A stretch of 64,000 bases of DNA from a phage. The translations under genes and the position numbers were made by a program. The notes beneath the pieces are model-generated. The model had not been told where the DNA came from and made no database searches. It was given only the letters and a program-made list of their open reading frames with translations. The stretch lies in sequence record PZ179882.1. The stretch is one strand, 5' to 3'. Positions 1 through 8,647 of this stretch are shown piece after piece; position 1 is the stretch's first letter; the number at the start of each line of letters is the position of its first letter.

Positions 1-1294
1 TATTAAATAATGGAATGTACTTTTTAATAATAGCGCCTTTAATACCAGAATCTTTGAGCATATCAGTCAAAATTCCTCTATGGTATTTTTCCATTACTAA
101 ATTAGTTTTTGTCTTAACAATTTTATCAAGTTCTTCTTGAAGCAGTGCTATTTCATCAGCATGGTCAATAAACTCGGATGATGCTTTTTCTATAGCCGCT
201 TTAACTTTTTTAGCTTTATCTACCGTCGTAATTAAGGATTGCTTTTTATTGCGAATATCATTTGCTAACGTCTGCTGGGTTTTAATATTATCTCGGTATT
301 CATCAACAAGAACTTTTAAATTATCACGATGTGTTGAAAGCTGTTCAAACGAATGTGTACATTCAGAAACTTTATCTTTAATTTTAGAAACAACTTTATC
401 ACCGGAACTTAATTGTGACAAACAGGTTGGACATAATCCACCTTCGTGATACATATTAATGACTTTATTATACGAGTCAATTTTTGATTTAATTAAAAAT
501 GCTTCTTGACCGATTTTATTAAATGCATCAGTCGGGTCTTCATCCAAAACAATATTAACTAATCTTTCATTAGCTTCTTCTATTTCCGATTTTAGCGTTC
601 TAGCTTCTTTTGCCAAATCGTCATACATATTCTGCAGACGAGTAAGGTTTTCACCAGACAATTTTTTCTGGCGTTCAACGTTATCATTATATATTTTAAT
701 TTGTTGGATAATACTATCTTTTTTAACATCAAGCACTTGGTTTTGTGAATTTAATTCACGTATTAGTGCTTTATTAAGCTTATCCATTTCAGCTAATGTT
801 CCTACTTCGAGCAGGTCTTCGACAAGTTTTCTTCTTGCAGGAGTGGATAGGCCCATAAAAGGGGTATATCCAGCCGTGCCGAGTACGACGATCTGTTTGA
901 AACTGGCGTATGACATTCCGATAAGCTGTTCAAATTCTGCTTGGAAATCTTTACTGCTGGCAGATTCATTAAGACGTGTACCGTTAACGGTGATTTCGAA
1001 AACATTTGGTTTTTGTCCTCTTTTGATATAGTACTTTTTCTCATCATATTCCATCCACAGTTCAACTAAAAGTTCTTTCTTATTTGTGCTGTTTATTAAT
1101 TGACCTTTCTTTACATCACGAAATGGCTTGCCAAAAAGCCCAAATGTGATGGCTTCTAACATAGTAGACTTACCACCACCATTTCGCCCAGTAATAAGAG
1201 TTTTTTGAACCTTATCTAATTGAATGTCAATAGGATTTCCACCTACTGACATTATATTTTGATACCTAACTCGGTTTAGTTTAAAATTCTTCAC
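1..1294 (-). CDS. 46: Recombination endonuclease subunit gp46 (SbcC/Rad50-like ATPase), partial; C-terminal end lies beyond window start
   Basis: Reverse translation gives VKNFKLNRVRY...GRNGGGKST (Walker A) matching T4 gp46 from memory; GTG start at 1294 preceded by AAGGAA RBS; not in ORF track because it runs off the window. Confidence 0.9.
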   Translation of the reverse strand, partial: MKNFKLNRVRYQNIMSVGGNPIDIQLDKVQKTLITGRNGGGKSTMLEAITFGLFGKPFRDVKKGQLINSTNKKELLVELWMEYDEKKYYIKRGQKPNVFEITVNGTRLNESASSKDFQAEFEQLIGMSYASFKQIVVLGTAGYTPFMGLSTPARRKLVEDLLEVGTLAEMDKLNKALIRELNSQNQVLDVKKDSIIQQIKIYNDNVERQKKLSGENLTRLQNMYDDLAKEARTLKSEIEEANERLVNIVLDEDPTDAFNKIGQEAFLIKSKIDSYNKVINMYHEGGLCPTCLSQLSSGDKVVSKIKDKVSECTHSFEQLSTHRDNLKVLVDEYRDNIKTQQTLANDIRNKKQSLITTVDKAKKVKAAIEKASSEFIDHADEIALLQEELDKIVKTKTNLVMEKYHRGILTDMLKDSGIKGAIIKKYIPLFN

Positions 1295-1554
1295 AAAAGA
1301 TTCCTTTTAATGTATCTTTTAGACCATTCTATCATATCATCATAATCTAAAAAGTATTCATCAAATTCAGCCATGCAAACAACACCTTGCGCTGCTTTTG
1401 ATGTGATATAAATTATTCCAACATATCTAGAATCTTCTTCGGTGTAATCAATATTTGCTATGAATTCATCGTTAATGTCAAATGTCGAAAACTTCACAGT
1501 ATGCATCCTTAATACAAGATACAGCCATATCTTGTAATGATTTAGGTGTGTCAT
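1291..1554 (-). CDS. Hypothetical small protein between genes 47 and 46
   Basis: ORF track 87 aa; stop overlaps gene 46 GTG start (GTGA); possible internal start at 1506. Confidence 0.45.
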   Translation of the reverse strand: MTHLNHYKIWLYLVLRMHTVKFSTFDINDEFIANIDYTEEDSRYVGIIYITSKAAQGVVCMAEFDEYFLDYDDMIEWSKRYIKRNLL

Positions 1555-1741
1555 TATCTAAAATGTTGAAGTTAAAAGATACAGCCCAGTCAGTGCAGAC
1601 TGTAACCTTTTTAATACAATTATCTTCAACCTCTAGCGGTTCAAACCAATATTCAATAATTTCTTTATGCCCAATATCATCTTTTACTTCGCATTCAAAA
1701 TGCTGACTCATCATAACATTTTTAAATTCATCAAAAGTCAT
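1478..1741 (-). CDS. Hypothetical small protein between genes 47 and 46
   Basis: ORF track 87 aa; ATG overlaps gene 47 stop; overlaps next ORF by 77 nt in another frame. Confidence 0.45.
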   Translation of the reverse strand: MTFDEFKNVMMSQHFECEVKDDIGHKEIIEYWFEPLEVEDNCIKKVTVCTDWAVSFNFNILDNDTPKSLQDMAVSCIKDAYCEVFDI

Positions 1742-2757
1742 TGTGTTGCCTCTACATATAACTGATTTGCATATTGAATAAGTGCTTCACGGTCAGAATC
1801 AGTGATGTCTGGAATTGCATTAATGTATTCTTCCATCAACGTCTGAAGAGATTGAACTTCAACTTCTTCACTGTCATCTGACTCGACAGAGTTATCAATC
1901 TTTGACACAACTCGTAATGAATGCACAACTTTTTCTAGTTCAGATTCGAACTTCGTTAGATTTTTGTCTACTTCAGTTACTATAACACGTACTGATAGAT
2001 TTGTAAAATCTTTATAGTCAATTTTTCCTTTAAATGGATAATGAATTCTACGATGCCAGGTAGTGTTGTTTGGAATAAATTCCATTCGTTCTGTTTCTGT
2101 ATCAAACATCCAGAACCCACGAGGGTCATTCTCGTCACCTGCAGTTAGTGTCCATGGTGTCCCAATATATCTGACGTTAGCAGCCTCAGAGATAGTATGG
2201 AAGTGACCAGACCACACCTCTTTATAAGTCTTAAGGAAATCAGGTTCAAGACCGTGAGATTTCATTCCTTTATAAAAATAAAATCCATTCAGCTCCCAGT
2301 GACCGACACAAAAAGAAGCAGATGAAGTTTTGATGTGTTCAAGAATTTCACCAGTATTTTCTTCACACATCCAAGGAATTAAATCAATCAAACATCCGTC
2401 AAAATCTACTGTAGTAGGCTTATCATATACTTTAACATTAGGATATTTAGCCAAAAGTTCAGTAGAAGCATTTGGAGTTAAAGTATTTTTAAAGTGCATA
2501 TCATGGTTTCCTACAACAGTATGTAGGGTAATACCAGCATCATCAAGCATTTGAACTATTTCACGAGCGAACTCCATAGTTTTATGTGTGATTGCTTTTC
2601 GCACATCAAAAATATCGCCATATTGAATCCATGTAGTAATTCCATTTTTCTTAGAATATTCTATTGCTTGTTTAATTCCATCCAACTGAATGGATTGAAC
2701 CCACTCATCATCGGCTTTAACACCTAAATGCCAATCACCTAAATTTAAAATTTTCAT
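1738..2757 (-). CDS. 47: Recombination endonuclease subunit gp47 (Mre11-like nuclease)
   Basis: 339 aa; N-terminal GDWHLG and GNHD phosphoesterase motifs; matches T4 gp47 from memory. Confidence 0.92.
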   Translation of the reverse strand: MKILNLGDWHLGVKADDEWVQSIQLDGIKQAIEYSKKNGITTWIQYGDIFDVRKAITHKTMEFAREIVQMLDDAGITLHTVVGNHDMHFKNTLTPNASTELLAKYPNVKVYDKPTTVDFDGCLIDLIPWMCEENTGEILEHIKTSSASFCVGHWELNGFYFYKGMKSHGLEPDFLKTYKEVWSGHFHTISEAANVRYIGTPWTLTAGDENDPRGFWMFDTETERMEFIPNNTTWHRRIHYPFKGKIDYKDFTNLSVRVIVTEVDKNLTKFESELEKVVHSLRVVSKIDNSVESDDSEEVEVQSLQTLMEEYINAIPDITDSDREALIQYANQLYVEATQ

Positions 2758-2917
2758 ATATCAAGAACCGTCATTGAAATGCAAAATAAAATTATTGAAA
2801 TAAATCCATCTGGAGTACTAAAGAATCCAATCCAACATGCTCTAGTGAATAGATAAAACGCTAGAAAAAGTATCACATATCCAAGAAATATCATTATATC
2901 AAACTCCGTATAAAGCT

Positions 2918-2935
2918 AAAGGGCCGAAGCCCTTT
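2918..2935. terminator. GC-rich hairpin (GGGCCGAAGCCC) at the a-gt 3-prime end
   Basis: AAAGGGC-CGAA-GCCCTTT stem-loop overlapping the a-gt stop; T-rich flank on plus side. Confidence 0.45.
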
Positions 2936-4136
2936 ATTTTGTAATAATGTCAAACTGTTCTTTAAAGCAGAAGCTTGAATCTTGATGCTGATACAAAAAT
3001 TCATAAGCTTTTTCGCGTTCGCGATCATAAAGAGCTCGGTCAGATGACAGTTCTTTAATACGTTCAAATGTTGATTCCATGTCATTTTCATCAAACCAAA
3101 CGATACCGCTATCGTGTGAAATTAATGGAGTATTATCAACACGGAATTTTAAATTTTCGCCAGTAGATTTCCAAAATACTGGAATTGTTCCACATGCACC
3201 AAGCTCGAGATGAGTGTATTCTAAAGAACGCTGTAGATATTTTTTGTCCAACTTACTCAGCTGATAACCAAATCCGGATTTACTCATGCGTTCAAGCATT
3301 TCGCTATTTACATAACGGTCGAGAATTTGCGTTGGCAAATTAGGAGCAATTTTAATTTGGTCTACTTGATGAAGACGATAATACTCGTATGGAATTCCTT
3401 TTTCTTTAATAGGAATGAATGCTGGAGAACGTTCCAGACCTTCCATAATAGTACTTAGTCCTGCAGGTTTAAGATGTTTTTCATGAAAATCAAACATCTG
3501 ATAAAAGCCTTTCCATGTAGTAGTACGACCAATCCAACGGTTGATATTCATGTTAATTTCAGAAACATCTTTCCAGTAGGTTGATCGAACCTTCGCAATA
3601 TCCATAGGAGGCTGAAAGTTATATACGGTCGGTGCTTCTTCAATATCATCAAACAGAGAAACAGTTTCCGGATACCATTCTTTCATCAAAACTTTATTAA
3701 AGTCACCATTATCAGAATGGCTAAAAATAACATCAGCTCGACGAACAGTTTCTTCTAATCCCAAATTTCGACGCAAAGAAAGAGAAGAATGGTCATGCTG
3801 ATAAACTACAACACGAACCGAAGGTTTAATGTTATCAATAATTTTTTTATAGTTATTAATGGTGTCTTCTTCTACTGAAGTAGCAGGAACTGAATTGATA
3901 ATTAAAATATCGCAATCATTTACCAGTTTAAGTGTTTTATCGTATTCTTTTGCCAATAAAACCGGAATTGAAAATGACTTATAATCATGTGCGCAATTAC
4001 GAGTAAATGATTTATCTTTAGCATAAACCAAAGTTACTTCATGACCATTTTTAATAAACCAATCACGTTGCTCAAGAGAAAATTTAGTTACACCGCAACC
4101 TTCAAGACCTCGAGCCATAAAAATACATACTTTCAT
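2934..4136 (-). CDS. a-gt: DNA alpha-glucosyltransferase
   Basis: 400 aa, same length as T4 alpha-glucosyltransferase; N-terminus CIFMARGLEGCGVTKFSLEQRDWFIKNGHEVTLVYAKDKSF recognised. Confidence 0.9.
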   Translation of the reverse strand: MKVCIFMARGLEGCGVTKFSLEQRDWFIKNGHEVTLVYAKDKSFTRNCAHDYKSFSIPVLLAKEYDKTLKLVNDCDILIINSVPATSVEEDTINNYKKIIDNIKPSVRVVVYQHDHSSLSLRRNLGLEETVRRADVIFSHSDNGDFNKVLMKEWYPETVSLFDDIEEAPTVYNFQPPMDIAKVRSTYWKDVSEINMNINRWIGRTTTWKGFYQMFDFHEKHLKPAGLSTIMEGLERSPAFIPIKEKGIPYEYYRLHQVDQIKIAPNLPTQILDRYVNSEMLERMSKSGFGYQLSKLDKKYLQRSLEYTHLELGACGTIPVFWKSTGENLKFRVDNTPLISHDSGIVWFDENDMESTFERIKELSSDRALYDREREKAYEFLYQHQDSSFCFKEQFDIITK

Positions 4137-4186
4137 TTAATATCCTCATTGTTTTGGTTTATTTTACCAAAAATTTATAAAGCAAT

Positions 4187-4206
4187 ATAGGAGCCGAAGC
4201 TCCTAT
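4187..4206. terminator. Hairpin ATAGGAGC-CGAA-GCTCCTAT upstream of a-gt
   Basis: 8-bp stem with GNRA-like loop in an intergenic region. Confidence 0.4.
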
Positions 4207-4379
4207 CCGCATAATACGCCATACAGAGGCTCATTAGAGCTTCTAAATTTTATACGCTTATATGTTATAGTTCCTTCTGCTTTAGCTTTATCATGAGACT
4301 CTTTAAAGTGTCTCATCATTTCTACTTTAGAGGAACGAATTTTATTATAATCTATTTCAGAAGTCTGGGTGTTCATCTT

Positions 4380-4586
4380 TCACAGTTGCCACCATTTTTT
4401 GACTTGATAAGAATCAACCCACACTTTCATATTAGGGTCTGCTCTTACAATAGGAGGATTAACTTCTTTGATTGAACTATCATGGTATTCTTTTTCAGAA
4501 ATTTTCACGCAAAGATGACCATTCAAAGATTCAGTAAATCCTGCATTAATTTTAAGACGCTTGAATTTTACGTGTGTAAGCATCAA
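4380..4586 (-). CDS. Hypothetical protein
   Basis: ORF track 68 aa; early-region spacing. Confidence 0.4.
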   Translation of the reverse strand: MMLTHVKFKRLKINAGFTESLNGHLCVKISEKEYHDSSIKEVNPPIVRADPNMKVWVDSYQVKKWWQL

Positions 4587-4869
4587 TCATATCCTCAATC
4601 TGCGATCTAGTAGTCTTCCAAAGAATACTAATGAGTTCATCGTTATATGGCTGTTTTAGAATATCCCGACTTTTCTTGATAGCATATTCGTATTGAGCAA
4701 AATTATTGTTTTCAGCTGCAATCTGAGCGTGTTTATAAAGACGGTTCAGTTCGCGTTTATTTTTAGACAATAACTTATTTGCTTTTCTTTCTGCTTCAAG
4801 ACGGTTCTTTTCTTCAATAGAAGAAATAAGCTTTTCCACTTCATCATTAATTTCGGGTTTATCAGTCAT
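4552..4869 (-). CDS. Hypothetical basic protein
   Basis: ORF track 105 aa. Confidence 0.5.
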   Translation of the reverse strand: MTDKPEINDEVEKLISSIEEKNRLEAERKANKLLSKNKRELNRLYKHAQIAAENNNFAQYEYAIKKSRDILKQPYNDELISILWKTTRSQIEDMIDAYTRKIQAS

Positions 4870-4870
4870 A

Positions 4871-5089
4871 TTATTTCTCTAATATAAAATAAAAATCATC
4901 ATCTGTTAAATGATACCGATAGTTTAATTCTACACCATTAGATTTAAAAGCGGTATCATACGGATTTTCTGGATCAATATCAATGTCAAGAGCTAAAACT
5001 TCCCTGAGATACATTTTAAGTAAATAGGGAATAGCTTCAACTTCAGGTATTTCTTCCAAGAATCCGGAGAGGTTAATCGTTAGCCTCAT
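4871..5089 (-). CDS. Hypothetical protein
   Basis: ORF track 72 aa; stop 1 nt from upstream ORF. Confidence 0.5.
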
Positions 5090-5630
5090 ATAAAAAATCC
5101 AAACTAGGAGAATCGTCTACAACACTTTTCTTTTCAGCCCCCGGTGTTCTATAGGTTGATTCTTCGTAATGCGTCATTTTATCGTAGATGTCTTGAATAA
5201 AAGTTTCATCTACTAACGCAACCATATCGTCGTCACGACTGTCATAGACATTGTGAACGAAGTAACTGTATTTCTTTGCAACTTCCTTACGTTCTTTTTT
5301 AATACGTTGGACGAATGCATTAAAACAAGCTTGAGTTATATATGCATGCGGGTTTTTATATTTCGTTTCATCAAAATTATGAAGCCCCTTAATAGAAGCT
5401 TCTATACCATCTGCAATCATTTCTTGTTTCCAAGACTGGGTGTATCCTGAAAAGTTGAAACGTTTAGATAAGCCTTCTGCAATAAGCATAATGGCTAATC
5501 CGATGGTATCATTCTGACGAACTACTTTATTTGGGTCTTTATTATTTGCTAATTCTGTTTTCCAATCAATAATAGCTTGTAAAAGCTCTTTATTGTTTAC
5601 GTAATTATATTTAGGCTTAGTTTCTGACAT
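5073..5630 (-). CDS. 55: Late-transcription sigma factor gp55
   Basis: Protein [23 protein letters not shown]... matches T4 gp55; ATG at 5630 with AGAGGTGAAA RBS (track start at 5636 is an upstream GTG); 185 aa. Confidence 0.9.
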
Positions 5631-5708
5631 TTTCACCTCTTAGCTCAATTCATAGATCTATTATATCATAATATTTGAAGATCTATCTTAAAGCATAGAG
5701 GATATCAG

Positions 5709-5978
5709 TTATCTAAGTAAACAGTATGCTTGGAACACTTTCTCCATCATCTTTTTAAATTCATGAATATCTATGTAATGACTAGTTAAATCAGCATGAT
5801 ATAAAAAGTCTAAAAACTTTTCATGTGTGCTAACATATTCACTTTCATTTAATTCAGAAACATGGCTTTCCCAATATCCAACACCAGTCTTATTTGGGAA
5901 AAATGAAATTTTCATATATTGGTCAACATAGAAAATTCCATAATTTTCAATAGTAATAGAAATATTAATAAATTTCAT
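5709..5978 (-). CDS. Hypothetical protein
   Basis: ORF track 89 aa. Confidence 0.5.
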   Translation of the reverse strand: MKFINISITIENYGIFYVDQYMKISFFPNKTGVGYWESHVSELNESEYVSTHEKFLDFLYHADLTSHYIDIHEFKKMMEKVFQAYCLLR

Positions 5979-6190
5979 ACATTCATCAACTTAGCCGCTT
6001 CAAGAGCTGCATCTAGTGAATCAAATTGGTCAACGTATTCAATCAATTCGCCATAATTAGCGTATAACCACCATTGGCTAAATTCATACTCAAGGATGAA
6101 TCCATTTCCTTCAATTTGAGTTAAACCAATGCCATTTGTATTTACTTCATATCCAGCAAGACGCAAATCGTTAATAAGAGCTTCGTTCAT
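5975..6190 (-). CDS. Hypothetical protein
   Basis: ORF track 71 aa; start/stop overlap with neighbours. Confidence 0.5.
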   Translation of the reverse strand: MNEALINDLRLAGYEVNTNGIGLTQIEGNGFILEYEFSQWWLYANYGELIEYVDQFDSLDAALEAAKLMNV

Positions 6191-6192
6191 AA

Positions 6193-6519
6193 TTATACCT
6201 TAGTAATTTTCAGGTCTGCAAATTTTTTCTTACGTTGATTTTTCATGCGACGAATAGTTTTATCGGAAATTTCATGCTTTTGATAAGCTTTAGATTCTAC
6301 ACCAAAAGCTTTAACATCAAATTCTGACAAGATATATTGAACCAACAATTCACGGACAGTATTGCGTCCAATCTTCTGATCATTCTGTTTCATCATCTGA
6401 TGAAGCTCTTTTTCCCATTTATCCAAAATTTGAGGAGTTACAATATCGCCTTTTTCTAGCAAAGAAACTACTTTATCATATGCGTAAGAATTGATGGCGT
6501 TTTTAATTTGAATAGTCAT
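6193..6519 (-). CDS. Hypothetical protein
   Basis: ORF track 108 aa. Confidence 0.5.
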   Translation of the reverse strand: MTIQIKNAINSYAYDKVVSLLEKGDIVTPQILDKWEKELHQMMKQNDQKIGRNTVRELLVQYILSEFDVKAFGVESKAYQKHEISDKTIRRMKNQRKKKFADLKITKV

Positions 6520-6552
6520 ACATTATCCTCAATTACGTTAAAATTTTATTAT

Positions 6553-6573
6553 CCAAAAAGGGCCGAAGCCCTT
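6553..6573 (-). terminator. Rho-independent terminator (minus strand)
   Basis: AAGGGC-TTCG-GCCCTT hairpin followed by UUUU on minus strand. Confidence 0.6.
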
Positions 6574-6772
6574 AGCTAAACTTTTTGGCACCCTTCCAGC
6601 CTTCGTACATCATTGCGGCTGATATTAATATTGCCCCTGAACAGCTTGAATATTTGTGATTCCAAAACCAGTTCAGAAAAACTTCGTCATCAATACCTTG
6701 GGCTATCATATTTTCAAAGAACTGACGACGAGCTTCGGCAATTCGTTGTGATAATTTAGATTCAGGATTCAT
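6572..6772 (-). CDS. Hypothetical protein
   Basis: ORF track 66 aa; followed by hairpin terminator. Confidence 0.45.
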   Translation of the reverse strand: MNPESKLSQRIAEARRQFFENMIAQGIDDEVFLNWFWNHKYSSCSGAILISAAMMYEGWKGAKKFS

Positions 6773-6988
6773 TTAAATTTTCCAGTTACCATTTTCATCA
6801 ATGAATTTAATCCAGTCATTTACTGACCACTTGGTCGTATCGCCTTTTGGAGCAACATTTAAAGTGTATAATCCTTGTTTAAAAAGCATTCGTTTGATAT
6901 TCATATTTTCCTCAGCTGTAACGATAGCACTCGTTTGATTTACGCTTAGCAACTCGTTGAGAAGTATTGTAATCAAAATCATCGTCAA
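6773..6988 (-). CDS. Hypothetical protein
   Basis: ORF track 71 aa. Confidence 0.45.
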   Translation of the reverse strand: MTMILITILLNELLSVNQTSAIVTAEENMNIKRMLFKQGLYTLNVAPKGDTTKWSVNDWIKFIDENGNWKI

Positions 6989-7205
6989 TGTAAACTGATT
7001 TTTTCAACTTTCTTACTTCACCACGTAATTGACGATTTAACTCATCTTTAACTTCTGAATCAATGCCTTTCATTCTACGCCATTTATCAGAGCGAAAAAT
7101 GTTTTCAACCATATCTTTATGACTTACACCATCAGGAGCTTTACGCTTTCCGAAATAGTCATAATCACGTACTTTTAAATCTTTACGACGATACGTTTTA
7201 CCCAT
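6912..7205 (-). CDS. Hypothetical basic protein (start trimmed to ATG at 7205)
   Basis: ORF track 6912..7250; ATG at 7205 overlaps upstream stop (ATGGGTAA) giving 97 aa. Confidence 0.45.
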   Translation of the reverse strand: MGKTYRRKDLKVRDYDYFGKRKAPDGVSHKDMVENIFRSDKWRRMKGIDSEVKDELNRQLRGEVRKLKKSVYIDDDFDYNTSQRVAKRKSNECYRYS

Positions 7206-7380
7206 GGAGTTTAATTTCCTTAGCAACTGAACTAAATACAGCACGGTCACAAATCATCTGTTTATGTAACTTAAGTATAAGATAATAAACTTCAAAACCG
7301 TTTACATAAGTAACACGAACAACATTACCATTAATAAAATAATATTGTCCCTTTTTAATTTCTTTATCAACCACAACCAT
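7198..7380 (-). CDS. Hypothetical protein
   Basis: ORF track 60 aa; immediately downstream of early promoter 7411..7440. Confidence 0.45.
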   Translation of the reverse strand: MVVVDKEIKKGQYYFINGNVVRVTYVNGFEVYYLILKLHKQMICDRAVFSSVAKEIKLHG

Positions 7381-7410
7381 ATCAAATCCTCAAAGGCAAT
7401 TCATATGTTA

Positions 7411-7440
7411 ATAATACCACAGTTTGAACTTCTTGTAAAC
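7411..7440 (-). promoter_or_regulatory. T4 early-type promoter (GTTTAC, 18 bp, TATTAT)
   Basis: Minus strand reads GTTTAC at 7440..7435 and TATTAT at 7416..7411. Confidence 0.55.
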
Positions 7441-7538
7441 AACTTTGTGAAAATTATTTTAGGGAATGATAAGAAGGGAACGATAGCTTAGAATGGTAAT
7501 ATACAGAATGTGAGAAAGAAGGACCCAGAGGGCCCGTC

Positions 7539-7847
7539 TTAGTCTTCTATGATATCTCTATCATATCCAAGTGAAATGAGAGTTTCTTTGAAATGTTTAA
7601 TGTTCTTTTGTCTAGAATCATTAATGAAAATGACTGGATAACGAATGTTAAGAGATGTGAATCCAGCGCGTTTAGCAAGAGATACAATCAGTGGACGATC
7701 ATACTCAATCTTACCGTTATTTGTAAGAACTTTATAGAAAGTAAAAGGAGCATTGAGCTCCTTTAGAAGTTTTGTAACTGATTGACATCCAGGACAACGA
7801 CCTACTTCATCTGGAATTCCATAGACTTCAATCTTATTTTGTTTCAC
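7539..7847 (-). CDS. nrdH: Glutaredoxin-like protein NrdH
   Basis: 102 aa; CPGC redox motif; position next to nrdG/nrdD as in T4. Confidence 0.75.
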   Translation of the reverse strand: MKQNKIEVYGIPDEVGRCPGCQSVTKLLKELNAPFTFYKVLTNNGKIEYDRPLIVSLAKRAGFTSLNIRYPVIFINDSRQKNIKHFKETLISLGYDRDIIED

Positions 7848-7849
7848 AA

Positions 7850-8062
7850 CTATTCCTTACTGAGAGCAGCATTCAGCTTATTAGTAATTTTATCCAGACG
7901 CTCATTGAACTCACTAGAAGATAGTCCTTTTTCTGGAGAAATCAAACTAATCACGAAAAATATAGCAATAAAAGGAATAAGGAAAATAGCTCCAACTGCC
8001 ATAAACAAAAAGAATGTTACGGTTGTAAGAAAATCAGCTAAACCTTTACGAAATTTATACAT
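7850..8062 (-). CDS. Small membrane protein
   Basis: ORF track 70 aa; one long hydrophobic segment. Confidence 0.5.
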   Translation of the reverse strand: MYKFRKGLADFLTTVTFFLFMAVGAIFLIPFIAIFFVISLISPEKGLSSSEFNERLDKITNKLNAALSKE

Positions 8063-8176
8063 ATTTACCCTTAATTGATTAACAAAGCATTGATAAGCAC
8101 TAAACTATATTGCGAATAAAATTCTGGACCAAAATGAAAAATCATATCATTTATAGTGTCCATAATATAATTCAAT

Positions 8177-8647
8177 TTAATCATGTTTCCACACCCCATC
8201 GGTATTTGACCAAAGTCGCTGATTATCTGATCCTCGCCACAGCTTTTTGGTCGGAAGATTTTTCTCATACTTCCCATCAATAATAACATCAACATATTTA
8301 AGCATTTCTAGTTGTTTAATATCTTCAAATTTATATCCTGTCCACAACCAAATGCTTTTATTGGGATAAAGATTTTTTACTGTTTGAACAATGCAATGAA
8401 CAACATCTCGGTTATCAGGATAGAGAGGGTCTCCTCCAGTTATAGTTAATCCTTCTATATAATCATTATTCAAACATTCAATTAATTGTTCTAGTGTTTC
8501 ACCAGTGAATGGAACGCCATTTCTAGCGTTCCATGTTGATTTATTATAACACCCTTCACATTTATGCAAACAACCTGTAACGAAAAGAACGACCCTGCAT
8601 CCAGGGCCATTCACAAAATCGCAAGGATAAAATCTATCATAATTCAT
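8177..8647 (-). CDS. nrdG: Anaerobic ribonucleotide reductase activating enzyme
   Basis: 156 aa; radical-SAM cysteine cluster CLHKCEGC; matches T4 NrdG. Confidence 0.9.
   Translation of the reverse strand: MNYDRFYPCDFVNGPGCRVVLFVTGCLHKCEGCYNKSTWNARNGVPFTGETLEQLIECLNNDYIEGLTITGGDPLYPDNRDVVHCIVQTVKNLYPNKSIWLWTGYKFEDIKQLEMLKYVDVIIDGKYEKNLPTKKLWRGSDNQRLWSNTDGVWKHD

Noticed and set aside
2894-3094. 66-aa minus-strand ORF
   Set aside because: Overlaps the C-terminal coding region of a-gt in another frame.
7521-7535. Hairpin GGACCC-AGA-GGGCCC just downstream of nrdH
   Set aside because: One stem mismatch, 3-nt loop and only a weak U tract; too marginal to call a terminator.
8071-8295. 74-aa minus-strand ORF
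   Set aside because: Overlaps the 3-prime part of nrdG in another frame; nrdG is the recognised gene.
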